From contig OZ076413.1 in the NCBI GenBank assembly GCA_964187785.1, forward strand, positions 44,268,001 through 44,332,000: 64,000 nucleotides of DNA. The letters run 5' to 3'. The DNA is from Amphiscolops sp. MND2022. Taxonomy: Eukaryota. The stretch's first letter is position 1, and the number at the start of each line of letters is the position of its first letter. Under the pieces are notes generated by a model, which searched no databases, was not told where the DNA came from, and worked only from the letters and a program-made list of their open reading frames with translations. A program made the position numbers and the translations under genes. Of the stretch, positions 40,313 to 51,850 are shown one piece after another.

Positions 40313-43300
40313 TTATTTCAATTTTGTAAAATCGTAGACTTTGTCACCGACATTCAAGTTTGGGTGACTGCAGAAGGCCAGTTCTTCTCCCGCAGTATCT
40401 GTTTCACTTGGACCAATTCTGGCGGTAACAATTTCAGTCTTCATGTCAGATAGCCCATGAATTCCAGCTACCGACATCACGGATTCTTTACCTTTCAGCT
40501 TCAAAATGTTGACCAAAGTTTTGTCCATAAATGATACCGTGGATCCAGTGTCACAAAGAGCTATCGTTTCAACGCTTCGTTTCTCATTTCCAATTGAAAT
40601 TGGTATCAACTGTAAGAAACCACTGCTACCTGTTGAGAGCATTGAAGAACCGCCGGCCCTGTTTTGAGACAAGGGTTCCTCCGATTTCTTATCTTTTTCG
40701 GTTCTAGGAGAATCCGAATGCAACAGCTTGTTGTGTTTCTTGGTGCATCCATTTACTCCACAAACTCTATCCGACTTGCAGTCCTTCATCAAATGTGAAT
40801 TTAGACAACAGAAACAAAGTTTATATTTCTTCAGTGTTTCGTATCTCTCATTAACACCTTGTTGTTTGAACTTCGTACACATCCAGATTTTATGGTCGCC
40901 ATCCTTCAATGGACATTGCTTTGTTGATGCAGGTGTTGATTTGCTCTGCTCATTAGCAGCAAATGTTGAGGTTTTCACTTTCTCCGTATTAGCGTAGCCT
41001 TTTTTCTCTGATTGAGACTTGAATTGCACTGTCATTTCATCGTGAACATAAGCAACTTCGTTCAGCCATTCGCTAAATTTGCAAAGATCAGCGTGGTAGT
41101 AGCCTTTGCTCTTCGCAAGAAAAAACCACTTGGTTTTCAATTCAGGTGGTAACTTCCTCAACGCTGAATTCAAGACGGATTCAGAGTACAAATCTCCAGT
41201 GAATCCGAACTGTTTCAACACATTAACGCATGTAGTAATCAACTGTGCGTACTTTATAATAGCCGCTGAATCATGCGACTTGATGAACGGACTCAAATGA
41301 ATTTGCTTCATCTGAGCATTGACAATGGTTTGTGGCCGTCCGAAATTAGTAACCAGAGCATTCCACGCTGCACTATACATGACTCCTGAGTATCCGAGAC
41401 CCGCAATAGCCGCCTTGGCCTTGCCTTTAACAAGTGTTTTCAAATGACTCATTTTTGCATTGTCATCAATTGGCGCATTATGGATGGTTGCTGTGAACAA
41501 ACTGGACCATTCTGGCCATTCCAATGGGTCTCCATGAAATTCTGATAATTTCAATTTAGGTAAGCTTGTTTGAACAAATTGTACCTGTAGTTGTACAGGT
41601 ACTGCTGGTGTGAAGGAAGGAAAATCACTTTCTATTTTGAATGAGGGTTTCGTGAAGTCATATTTAGGCTTCGGTTTCTCATTGCCTTGCTGAAGCAGGG
41701 CGTTTGTTTTCGGAAAAGTAATTCCAGTGTTTTTTCTCTGGGGTGACTTACTTGTACCTCTGCCTTGGGTTCGCGATAATAGGTTTTTGTGGTCAAATGT
41801 TTGAAGCGGTTTACTTGACTCACCTTTATTTTCTACTTCTCTGCTAGATTCCTTCGGTTGCGAAAAGCACTTATTTAAGTCTTCAACACCTTGGTCTAAC
41901 CAACTTTTGATGTCACTGTTTTTGTCCTCCTCCAGAGTAAGAGACATCAGGCTAGGACATATTGAAGAAGCTCGAATTGATCCTTCAGCGTCTTCTATTT
42001 GCAATTGCATTTGCTGCCTTTCAAAAGCCTTCTTACGCTTCAAATCAGCAATTTCCGATTCTGCGTGCAACTCTTGGAGCCTTTTCTCGAACTGTTGTCG
42101 TTCCAAATTTCTCTCCATTTCCCTACGCGTTTTCTCTAGTTCCAACTTACGTTCTCTTTTTTCTATTTCCATTTGTAATTTTTGATCCATCAGATCAGCT
42201 TGTATCTCAAATCGTCTTCGCTCGCTCATTTTCGAAGCATTGGAGCCTATCTTTGAACCGGCCGTTTTTGCTGGCTCACTCATAGCTAATGTTCTTGTAG
42301 GGGAGTAGTCTACTAAAGAAAATCTTTTCTGGGATCCAAGAGTAGCTGATTGAGGTTGAAAAGATGGGTTATCAAACCGGTCGTTAATTTTGAGGAATAG
42401 TGTTGATTGATTTGCCTCTTTAAGCAATTTCAATCCTTTGTCAAGTGTTTCATTCGCCTTGGATTTTTCCAAGGCATGAGATCGGTTCTCATCGTCTTTT
42501 GATATCTTCGAACTTTCAAACCCAGACACTTCAGGTGTTTCTATGTTTCCCAATGGATCATTTGCTGCTATATTGCAGCTATCAATATAGTTCAGAGCGT
42601 CAGTCATTGCCTGTTGAACGATAGAGTTCATTTCTGTGACAATTTTTTCGGCGTGTGATAGAGTTGACAAAGCATCAGGCTTGAGACAATTGCGTCTACT
42701 TTCGAGACTTTTATCTAAAATCGCTTTGTTATCTTGAAGTTTCTGGATAGCCAGTTTCACATGACTCGACCTCGCTCCTTGCTCGATTAGTTTACTGATT
42801 GTAATTGTTTCTGCTTCAATTATTCGTTTGGAGTCATAAAACTGATCGCAGAGTTTCATATACTTCATTAGGTCATTTTCATTTTTCAGGCGCGATGGAA
42901 GCCACCTCACGTCCACAAGAAATGAGGACTTTTTGCTCCAATTCTCAAAATATTTTTCAAGTTCGTACTCCAATTTGTACAAGATCTCCTTACGGCTGCC
43001 TTGAAACTTACCTTTCAGCATGGGGAGATACATTTCGAACTCTTTGCGCAACTTATCCTTTGAAGTTGAGTAAGTTAAAAAGAACTTACCAACGTCAACC
43101 CAAACAGTTGGATCCTGAGCATGGAGATCCTGGAAATCCGCGTCTAGGTTTCTGAGAATTAAAATCAGATCTGAGACGCGTTTTTCGTGTTCTATCCACT
43201 CCTTCATTGTCGAAGAATTTTTCAAGCAGTCAGTAAAAAAGACCTTTCTTTCATGTCCGTTTTTTGTTGAAGTCATATATGTGGGGTCCCACAAATTGCG

Positions 43301-43318
43301 TACAATCGGCTGTGCCAT
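40313..43318 (-). CDS. BEL/Pao Gag plus aspartic protease (1001 aa)
   Basis: LPKLKLSEFHGDPLEWPEW (Pao gag core); Cys/His knuckles CPLKDGDHKIWMC, CFCCLNSHLMKDC and CGVNGCTKKHNKLLH; protease LCDTGSTVSF. Confidence 0.93.
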   Translation of the reverse strand: MAQPIVRNLWDPTYMTSTKNGHERKVFFTDCLKNSSTMKEWIEHEKRVSDLILILRNLDADFQDLHAQDPTVWVDVGKFFLTYSTSKDKLRKEFEMYLPMLKGKFQGSRKEILYKLEYELEKYFENWSKKSSFLVDVRWLPSRLKNENDLMKYMKLCDQFYDSKRIIEAETITISKLIEQGARSSHVKLAIQKLQDNKAILDKSLESRRNCLKPDALSTLSHAEKIVTEMNSIVQQAMTDALNYIDSCNIAANDPLGNIETPEVSGFESSKISKDDENRSHALEKSKANETLDKGLKLLKEANQSTLFLKINDRFDNPSFQPQSATLGSQKRFSLVDYSPTRTLAMSEPAKTAGSKIGSNASKMSERRRFEIQADLMDQKLQMEIEKRERKLELEKTRREMERNLERQQFEKRLQELHAESEIADLKRKKAFERQQMQLQIEDAEGSIRASSICPSLMSLTLEEDKNSDIKSWLDQGVEDLNKCFSQPKESSREVENKGESSKPLQTFDHKNLLSRTQGRGTSKSPQRKNTGITFPKTNALLQQGNEKPKPKYDFTKPSFKIESDFPSFTPAVPVQLQVQFVQTSLPKLKLSEFHGDPLEWPEWSSLFTATIHNAPIDDNAKMSHLKTLVKGKAKAAIAGLGYSGVMYSAAWNALVTNFGRPQTIVNAQMKQIHLSPFIKSHDSAAIIKYAQLITTCVNVLKQFGFTGDLYSESVLNSALRKLPPELKTKWFFLAKSKGYYHADLCKFSEWLNEVAYVHDEMTVQFKSQSEKKGYANTEKVKTSTFAANEQSKSTPASTKQCPLKDGDHKIWMCTKFKQQGVNERYETLKKYKLCFCCLNSHLMKDCKSDRVCGVNGCTKKHNKLLHSDSPRTEKDKKSEEPLSQNRAGGSSMLSTGSSGFLQLIPISIGNEKRSVETIALCDTGSTVSFMDKTLVNILKLKGKESVMSVAGIHGLSDMKTEIVTARIGPSETDTAGEELAFCSHPNLNVGDKVYDFTKLK

Positions 43319-43367
43319 TCTATTTTCTTTTGCAAATCAAATTATGACCGAATCCCGCACAGTGCCT

Positions 43368-43385
43368 TCCCGGGTCGCGGCACCA
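43368..43385 (-). promoter_or_regulatory. Primer-binding site, tRNA-His-like
   Basis: TGGTGCCGCGACCCGGGA, 3 nt after the 5' LTR; complementary to a tRNA 3' end ...GUCGCGGCACCA resembling eukaryotic tRNA-His (...GUCACGGCACCA). Confidence 0.75.
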
Positions 43386-43388
43386 AAA

Positions 43389-44542
43389 TTTTACGTCTGC
43401 AAGGTATGATAACAAAATCACTTACCAAGCTTTACGACGGCCTGGTTGACAACTTGCGGGCACGTCTAAGAATTGTTTCTGCGAGAAAGGCACTTGCAAA
43501 ATCCACTACTTTCAATAACTTCAAAATGTCCCTTCTTTTCAAGTTCTGGACAATACCTATTGTTTAAACAAGTTTTCGAGGTCGGTGAAGCAATTACTGC
43601 ATCTGTGACCACTTTTCGACTTGTTTAGAAAACATAGAATTTACTGACTTGAAGAGTTTTCTCATAAAACTCACTAAACCGTTGACTCGTCGATGAATTT
43701 GGGGAGTAACAAATCGTAGTCGATTAACTTTGCCAAAAGATTGAAAGTCTTCTGTCTCAAAACCTTTCCAAGCGAAAAATTGCCAGAAATGCAATAATAA
43801 TATATTGTTGGAATCTCGAATCCAGTGTCAAAACAAGAACAACTTCGCAATAGCTCTATAATAGCCCAAGTTAACTTGAATACTCAAACGATAAAGTTCC
43901 GAACAATTACTTTCTTGGTTGCTTGAACAAGGAATATCGACCGTTTTCAATCTCACCTTTTGGGTCTCTCTTTCAAGAAGGAGTTAACTTGGGTTGGTAA
44001 CAATACAGGAAATTACACAAACTGCCATGTTTACAATCAAATATGAGGGCACCATAAAGGTTCTATAATGATACATAAAGTTAACAAACTACCCACTTTC
44101 GAGGCGATAAAGCATATAAAGATATTGGTATATCAACATCTGAAGCATACATTTACACGATTTTGTGGTCCTTTAATATATTTGTTATTTGCCCACCAAA
44201 GCTTCTATCAGGTTACAAATGCTCTACCGGCTTCCGCCTGGGCTAGATATAACCAAATATGACCACTTGACAGGTTAAATACACAAGCAGGATGATAAAT
44301 TACCAAATTTGTACTATATTAGAAGAAAAGTCTGATTTTGCCCCAGAAAAAAATATTTTTCAAATTTTTGCCTTCGATTTCCGGTTTTTTGCCCTAGATG
44401 GTTTAGTTAGCTAAAAATATGTCGGTTGCCGACCATCCTAGAGTGTGATTCCCAAAACTCAATCTTTTACAGCCACCAATTAGGGGCTATTTTAGGGTAT
44501 TTTTCGAATAGCTGATTTCAAGTTATTCTCGAGGCGCCAACA
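43389..44542 (-). repeat. 5' LTR (1154 bp)
   Basis: Near-identical to 35619-36773. Confidence 0.95.
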
Positions 44543-47005
44543 GAGTACCCAAACATTTATTCACGACTTGCTTTGAGAACTTTCTAATTTCAAACGTACT
44601 TGTTACACTTTCTTTCCTTGTATGTCGTATAATAGTATACTCAGTTTGTGCCTAATACATTCCAACTTTGAAGGCAGGCTAAAACATGGAACTTGTTAGA
44701 AGGCTTTGGTTCTACCGCAGACGGACGAATTAAAGCGAACCAATTTAACAAGTTTCAGCCAAAACTGTCGTGCTTTCACTCCGGCCTTGAGAAGTCTACC
44801 AGCAGTTTAACGAAGACATGGAAAACTTATTATAGGCACCATAGAAAACATTAATCAATCTACCACCAAGAAACAATGGAAGACCAGCAGTACCAAGTTG
44901 CGTTAGTTTAGCCACATTAAAGTTTCATATAACTTACCTGTTTGTAGCTTTGAATACTTAAAGAGAAGCAAAATAGGGGAGAAATTTAATCCTCTAAAAT
45001 CAGGTTAGTCTTCGTTGAACTGAATGCTTGGTACATACATTAAAAGTTTAGGAAAACTGAATATTTTCCAGTTTTGCTGCAATAAAGAGAAAAATAAAAC
45101 TGATTAAAAAGAACTGATTAAAAATTTAGGAGGAAAGGTTTATCCGTAAAAAAAAACAAGGTAAAAACACGAAACTCTCTTTCACAAGTCCTTCCAAGAA
45201 AACTGTTCTGAATTATAACAGAAACCTAGACACGCGTGAGATCAAACCCAGAACGCTTGCAACCAAAAGCCAGGACTACGAAAAAGCCATTTTTTGATAT
45301 TTCCAGTTAGAAAACCCTTTTCGACCTCAAATTCCAATCTTTGTGATTTTTCCGACAAGAAAGCCCATAGAGTAGTTTTCGGCACTTCGAGATTTTCAAG
45401 ATTTCTCGTGGTGACAACTGCCTTTTAGCATATTTCAAAAGTATAAAAAAGATTTCTGAAGCCAAAAAGGTCTTCATTTTACAGTTCCTTCATTGTTCAC
45501 TTCTAATCACCTCTAGGGATGTTTGTCAGTACTGTGAGAGTCCGAAAAAACTTGTTGAAAATTGCGGAAAGATCCGCCTCAAATATTCCATTCTTTTGCA
45601 GAAAAAGGCCCGTTTTGGACACCATGAACTTCGAATTTTAATCCAAAAAGTTTTCTTTAAAAAACCTCGAGTTATTGTTATCGTTTTGAGCTTTGAAAAA
45701 GCCTTTATGGGCCATTGCCAGTTTCTTCAAAACTGAACATGCTGCATCATACTCATTATAAACATCTCATTTTGGACATCAAAAAATCTCTTATAAATGA
45801 TTTTTAAAATTAATTTTCTCGTGATTTGAATTTCGACTACTTTTTCAGTGCCAATTCGGGATACTCGTTACGGGTGCAGAGCAACTGAGGTGAAAATTTC
45901 CTCTTAGCTCATGAAAAGTGCTCATTAGCCTGGATGCAGGACGAAAAGTCCTGTTATGACTGACGTGGCACAAGCAACCGAATAATTATCTAAAAACGAT
46001 AGTTTTGTTGACTCATTTTATTGAAAAGAGGCATACTTAATAGCTTTGATAACTGTTAACCTACATCCGCTTTCAGTAATTGAATGTTTATAGATAGATC
46101 CTTGGAATAACATGGGAAGAAAGAAAACATTAAGCTTCTATTATTTTCATGTAAGGTCAGATAAGAGAAAAATATTTAATAAAGGGAGAACAATGAATAA
46201 TCGATTTAGTTGTTACATGGACTAGACTTGACGTCGGTAATATAATATTTAGGGTTGCTATCTCTTTCCACCTTTCTTGAGAATATGAGTGAGAAATTTC
46301 ACTTTCATATCATTCATTTCATCCAGCGAATTAAATTTGGATTCTTCAAATACGTTTGTAGTATATATAGAACCATGCATTCCTCTGATTCATTTCCTCA
46401 ACTAATAGATAACTAATCTGTTACATGCAGAGATATTGCTTTCTTCGACGGCTATCGTTACCATTGTTATCTCTCACTACTCGAAATTGTTACAGAATTT
46501 TGCTTGTGGTTTTCTCTGAAACCCACTCCGAGATATGATATTTTGGAAGTTTTCAAGGGTTGAGTGAATAACTGATCCAAAGAAACAACGTCTAAAAGTT
46601 TTGGCAGTAAAAGACGTCCATAGAAGGCAGTTAAGATCAGCTAAGGTCATATGCCTCTAAAGTCATAAACACAGAAGCGGAGCGGAGCGACGTGCCGCTT
46701 TTGATCTAGCAGCTGGAGTTGACGAGTCATATAACAACCCGTACTGAGACTCCATAGCATTCCATCTATCGTCATGAATGCTCGACGACTGTTCCATCCA
46801 TGGCCAAGTATGGGAACCAAAACTTTCAAAAAACGTCCTACCACTCTAAATTCATTGATAGGCTAAAACCTGGCCAACCCAACCATAGGTGATGTAGGTG
46901 AAAGTAGGAGACATTCTAAAGCCTCAAATATTCAATTGTCACTAAAAACTAAAAACCAGAAAAATCAATTAAAGTTATTGAAAACGCTAAAATATTTCGT
47001 TTAAG

Positions 47006-47068
47006 TAGCCTTAAGGCTATGTAAGACTGATTGAAAACCTTAATTAAGGTTTTCAATCAGTCTTACAT
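47006..47068. repeat. Two adjoining perfect palindromes centred on TTAA (14 bp and 50 bp)
   Basis: tagccttaaggcta (47006-47019) and atgtaagactgattgaaaaccttaa-ttaaggttttcaatcagtcttacat (47019-47068). Confidence 0.93.
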
Positions 47069-48284
47069 TGCAAGGTAATTCCTTAGAAGGCATTTTTGGA
47101 CCTTAATCCAAGTAAATAATGTTAGATGTCATTACTCTGGACGTTTTTCCCTTCAATCGTTGTAACGTTCGTCTGTCGTCTGGTCTGAAATAAAGCTGAA
47201 ATCAAACATGGCTCTTTCACATTGAAACAACCCTCGTAGGTTTAAACCGCTTGCCGTAGACAAACTTATGAGTCAAACAATAACTCGAGAATTCAAGTTA
47301 TTCTATTACAACTATTTGCTCATCTGATTTGACACTTTCCAATTGGATGACGTAATTCAAGCCCATTTATGTATGTCTCATGGCGCTTAATTGCATGATG
47401 GTTCAGGCCCGTTTCGACGAAGATACTACCATCAAAGAATTTATGCTCTTCAGAATCTCACTGCAGTATTAGACATTTTGACGACCGAATCAATATTTGC
47501 TATCTACAGAACTAAATCCCACGATCCGGTAAACAACAACAAGTTTGTTCAATTATGGGCAATAATTTCGTTCAATTGAAGCTACTTTATAATGATTCTA
47601 GCCAATAGGTTCAAACATCTCATTTCTTCTCGAGAAGTTAATCCTTGCATTATCCAGAGCCTAGATTCAACGATAACCAAATACTAATCGGGTAAGTTTC
47701 TTGTTGAACCGAGACAACATTTCAAGATTCTTCTAATTGTCAAAACTGGTCACTTCAGTTGAAACTTGCATGGCTAATTACTGTATAATCTCTATTCAAG
47801 TTCATTTTGAGGTTCTGATATCACGATAAGCTGTCGACTTAGCTGGCACTCGAAACTTGGTTTTCCTTTCGTAAAAGTGCTGTGTAAAAAAGATATCTGA
47901 TAAACGAGTAAAAAAGATATCTGAAACTTTCCATTAAAAATAATTCAAACAAGACGGGAACGTCCCAAGTCGGCGCCATATCTTAGGCTCAAAAATATTC
48001 AAGGAACAACTATTGGAAACATTTGGAAAAATTATTTTTTTCAAAAAAAAATTGAAATTTTTTTTTTCGAAAAAAAAGTATTTTTTTAGAAAGTCGCACA
48101 ATGCCGAAAAACTCAAAAAGAGGCCATTCAGGCTCATTAAACGTTTTTACAAACCGAAAACTTCAAAAAAAATGCAATTGATAGATTCCGAAAATTTTCG
48201 AAAAAAAAGTCGCATAGTGCCGAAAAAAACGAAAAAAAAATCAAACGAAACGAAACAAAGCTTTGGTCTCGCATCTACTTTTGG

Positions 48285-48345
48285 AAGCATAAAAAATTTG
48301 TGGTTTAGTGCGAGAATCGAACCCACGATCCCCTGCTTCTCAGAA
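48285..48345 (-). repeat. tRNA-derived (SINE-like) repeat
   Basis: Minus strand reads cgtgggttcgattctcgcactaaacc, a canonical B-box (GGTTCGATTC); homologous to 15385-15420. Confidence 0.5.
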
Positions 48346-48482
48346 AGTTAGTTGAACAAATGTGAACAAATGTGAACAAAGATTGTAAGAAAAGTGGACC
48401 ACTCAGAGTGAGATTGTCAACTGAAAAAAAACAAAAAAAAAAAAACTACTCACTGTAAGAGTCGGGCTTTTTTCCTTAAGGG

Positions 48483-50180
48483 AAAAGGCGCCGACTAAAA
48501 ACACTTGTGAATCTCACACTACCAAAAAATTCCCAATTCAAACATCTTTTCCCTGACTGAAAACATCAGAACACAATTGTCGAACTAGTTAAAAAACATT
48601 TCGGTTCAAAGCTTTCTCAGAAAAAAACAATTTCTCGAAAGTCAAATGCTCTTCTTCAACCATTGTGGGATTTTCATCTTCCATGAAGTCACTGTCAAAA
48701 ATTTTGACTGTAAAAATACTGAGAAAAATGCTGTCGAAATCATCAATAAATTTTTGCAGTTTTCGCCACTTTTTGAAAATTAGTTCTCGACACAAAACGA
48801 AACGCTAAAACCAGCTCGACTCAAGACACTGCGATTTTTTTGTAAACGATCACAGACCTTTTCATTGGCTGACCTTTCTACCTACCAATATCTCAAAAAC
48901 TTGATATTGTGATTTTTTTGGAAACTTTTTTGATTCGAAAAAATGCCACACAGCGCCAAAATTACCCAAAGGTGTGACCCTTAGGTTCGAGGAACAAATT
49001 CTAGAACCTGAAAACAAAAAAAATGAAGCAGCGAACATCTTGCGAAAAAATGTAAATGTTGCTAGCAGCTGAAAATGCCACGATTTTCACAAATATTGAT
49101 ATTGAGAAACGTCTCATCAGTCTCACAAGACCAAAAAAACTAGTAGTGATCCTTGAAACTCGTTTTTGAGTAACACAACTTCAAAAACTAAAATCTGTGT
49201 GAATTTTTGAATTTTTTGCTTTAAAATATTTCGGTAAGTTACACAGTGCTCTTACGTGCAAAAATTTCGCAGTGCGAAAATCTCTGAAGATGCCCGGCCT
49301 CCAAAGGACGCCTTTCAGGTTTTTTCAGTTTTTATGTGATATGTTTTCGATTTTGTGACAATCGAAGGGACCCCCCATTTTTTTGCAGAAAAAGCGCTTT
49401 TAGAGCATGGAGGCCATGCGAAAAGCGTCGCATAGTAACGAAAAAAAACTTGAAAGGAGTCCTTTGGTATTTCCGGTACCTTCACAAGCACAAAAAGTTT
49501 TGGTCGAGCGCGGGACTAGGACCCACGTAAAAGCAGTGGACAACTCACTCACAACGGTGAGACATCCGCGTTAACTGCTGGGCCAAGTGTCCTCTAGCCT
49601 TACAAATGAATTGAAATTGTAACAAAAATTCTCCGGCTAAATTCAAGACTTTTTGTTTCTGAAGAAAACAAAAAATTACAAACCTCTCCAAAAAAAATTG
49701 AATGAAATGTCAAAAAAAAAGAACATAAGAACACAATTCTCCAAATCTCCAAAAGAAGAGTTTTTGGAATTTTTGAAATGTGGTACTCTGTTGAAATTTG
49801 TACTGCGACAACTCAAACCCAGCGACAAGTCATATGAAGCTAAAAGTGGTATCACATGAAAAAAAGCTATATCAACCGACAACAATGCATACCAAAAACT
49901 GAATTCCATCTCAGAGACAAGTTGAAAATTTTTTTCTAAAATATTATCAAATAAATTGGGAAGTTTCACCAAAATCATAAGCAATCTCTAAACTTGATGA
50001 AAATCTTGAACTTTTGTACTCAAAATTGCATTGGACAATAATTTTATTATCAAACTTTGATTGCAGAAGGTTTGCAGAAAAATGAACTTGGGTGAAATTC
50101 AGCAAAATGATAAGTAATTAGAAAAATTTCGGAATTTCTAAATGCAGCCAATTTTGAAGCGTTTTTAGTCGGCGCCTTTT
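48483..50180. mobile_element. Non-autonomous TIR DNA element (~1.7 kb)
   Basis: Perfect 20-bp inverted repeats aaaaggcgccgactaaaaac (48483-48502) and gtttttagtcggcgcctttt (50161-50180); TTAA just left of the left TIR; no transposase ORF. Confidence 0.65.
49485..49595 (-). repeat. tRNA-derived repeat nested in the TIR element
   Basis: cacttggcccagcagttaacgcgg on the minus strand matches cacttgaccccagtggttaatgcgg at 15342. Confidence 0.45.
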
Positions 50181-50879
50181 GTGAAGCAAAAAATGCCTAA
50201 CTTTTACAGTGACCACCATTTTTTTCTCCAGACCATAGACCTCACACTGAAAAGTCCACTTTTTACAGAAACTACTAAAACTACTAAACTACTACCGAGT
50301 CAGGCCAGCGGAAACTTGGTGCAAAGGGTCCCCCTTCATCTTTTCCTTTAATGTAACCAACAGAACCGGACGAGATTAAAGAGTCCCCCTTCCGATTTTT
50401 TCGGCACTGTAGGACTTTAATTGTAATTTTTAAAAATAATTCCAAAGGGTCCCTTTTTTTGATATTTTGCAACATAATGGATGATTAAAAATTCCAAAGA
50501 GTCCCCCCTTTTAATAATTTTGACACTATGAGTTCAAAATTCTCGTTTTTTGTCTGATAATAGCTTATGTCAATATATATCCAATAATTTTTATTTTCCG
50601 TCCATATTTCAAATGGAAAAGGAAAATATATAAATCAAACGGTTTTTTTACAAAATTTGCCAAGAATTAAATTTATATCCTAGCTAAAGGGTTTCACCCA
50701 TAGAATTCAACTGATGAAACATTGGTATCATGCGGAATGTATTTGTCGAGGTTTTTGGACTTTTTTTGGTTGACCCCAAAGACCCCAGAATGACCCAAAA
50801 ATGACCCCAAAGATAGTAAAAACTGCAAAATTTTCCAATTTTATGCAATTTTTGTCAAATTATCGATTAATTTCCTGGC

Positions 50880-51850
50880 TTTGAATGTTGAAAACAATTC
50901 AAAAAGAAACAAATTGTTATCAAAAAGGCTTTTTCAAAGATATAAAAGCACTTTTTAATGAAAAAATGCCTCAAATTCAGACCCAAAATGACAAAAAAAC
51001 TCGAAAATTAAGGAATTTTTTAGAATTTTTTTGCAATTTTTGTCTATTTTTTGAAAAACTTGGTGGTTTAGAATGTCAAAGACGTTAAACAAGGAAAACA
51101 TTCGTTGTCCGAGAGGCTTCCTTGAAGAGATAAAAGCAATTTGTGTTGAAAAATTGCATCAAATGTTGACCGAAATTGACAAATTACTTGAAAATGCAGA
51201 TTTTTGAAACTTTTATGCACTTTCACATGCAGTGTATTTTCCGAAAGACTTGGTGGCTTGGAATGTTAAAGACGTTCAAAAAGGAACAGATTAGTTGTCG
51301 TGGAGGCTTTAAAGAGATAAAAGCAAGTGATGTTGAAAAAATGCATCAAAATCAGACCGAAATTGACAAAAATACAAAAAAAAACCAATTTTTGAAAATT
51401 TTATGCAGTTTTTGTGTACTTTTCGGAAAACCTGTTGGCTTAGAATGTTGAAGACACTCAGTAAGGAACAAATTTGTTGTGGTGGTTGTTTCTTCGAAGA
51501 GATAAAAGCCATTGGTGTTAAAATGCATCGAATTCTGACATAAGTTGACAAAAACACGAAAAAAAATCAAGTTTTGAATTTTTTATGCAGTTTTTGTGTA
51601 ATTTGGGAAAACCTTAGTGGCTTCAAACTTCAAAGACGTTCAACAAGGAACAAATTGGTTGTCAGGAGGGCTTCTTTAAGGAAATAAACGAGGTTTTGTA
51701 ATGAAAAAAAAACGCACAATTTGCGACAAAAAATGACAATAATTTCAAAATGTACCAAATTTTCACGTTTTCATGCGCCTTTTGTCAAATTTCTGAAGAT
51801 TTCATGGATCGGAACGTTAAATACCTTGAACCACAAATGATTTCGTTGTC
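50880..51850 (+). repeat. Degenerate satellite, ~180-190-bp unit, ~5-6 copies
   Basis: Recurrent gaatgtt(g/a)aagac...aaggaac...gagataaaagc...gcatc...ttgacaaaa...ttttatgca near 50883, 51071, 51261, 51443, 51625 and 51812. Confidence 0.8.

Larger units (their letters stand above)
35619..44542 (-). mobile_element. Young full-length BEL/Pao LTR retrotransposon (8.9 kb), 5-bp TSD GAGTA
   Basis: LTR pair with 5 substitutions and 1 indel in ~1155 bp; GAGTA at 35614-35618 and 44543-44547; PBS, PPT and a complete gag-PR-RT-RH-IN domain order. Confidence 0.97.

Noticed and set aside
46663-47184. Possible two-exon minus-strand gene fragment (47136-47184 and 46663-46845)
   Set aside because: Splice phases fit, but the peptide has no recognisable motif and no upstream exons or start could be built.
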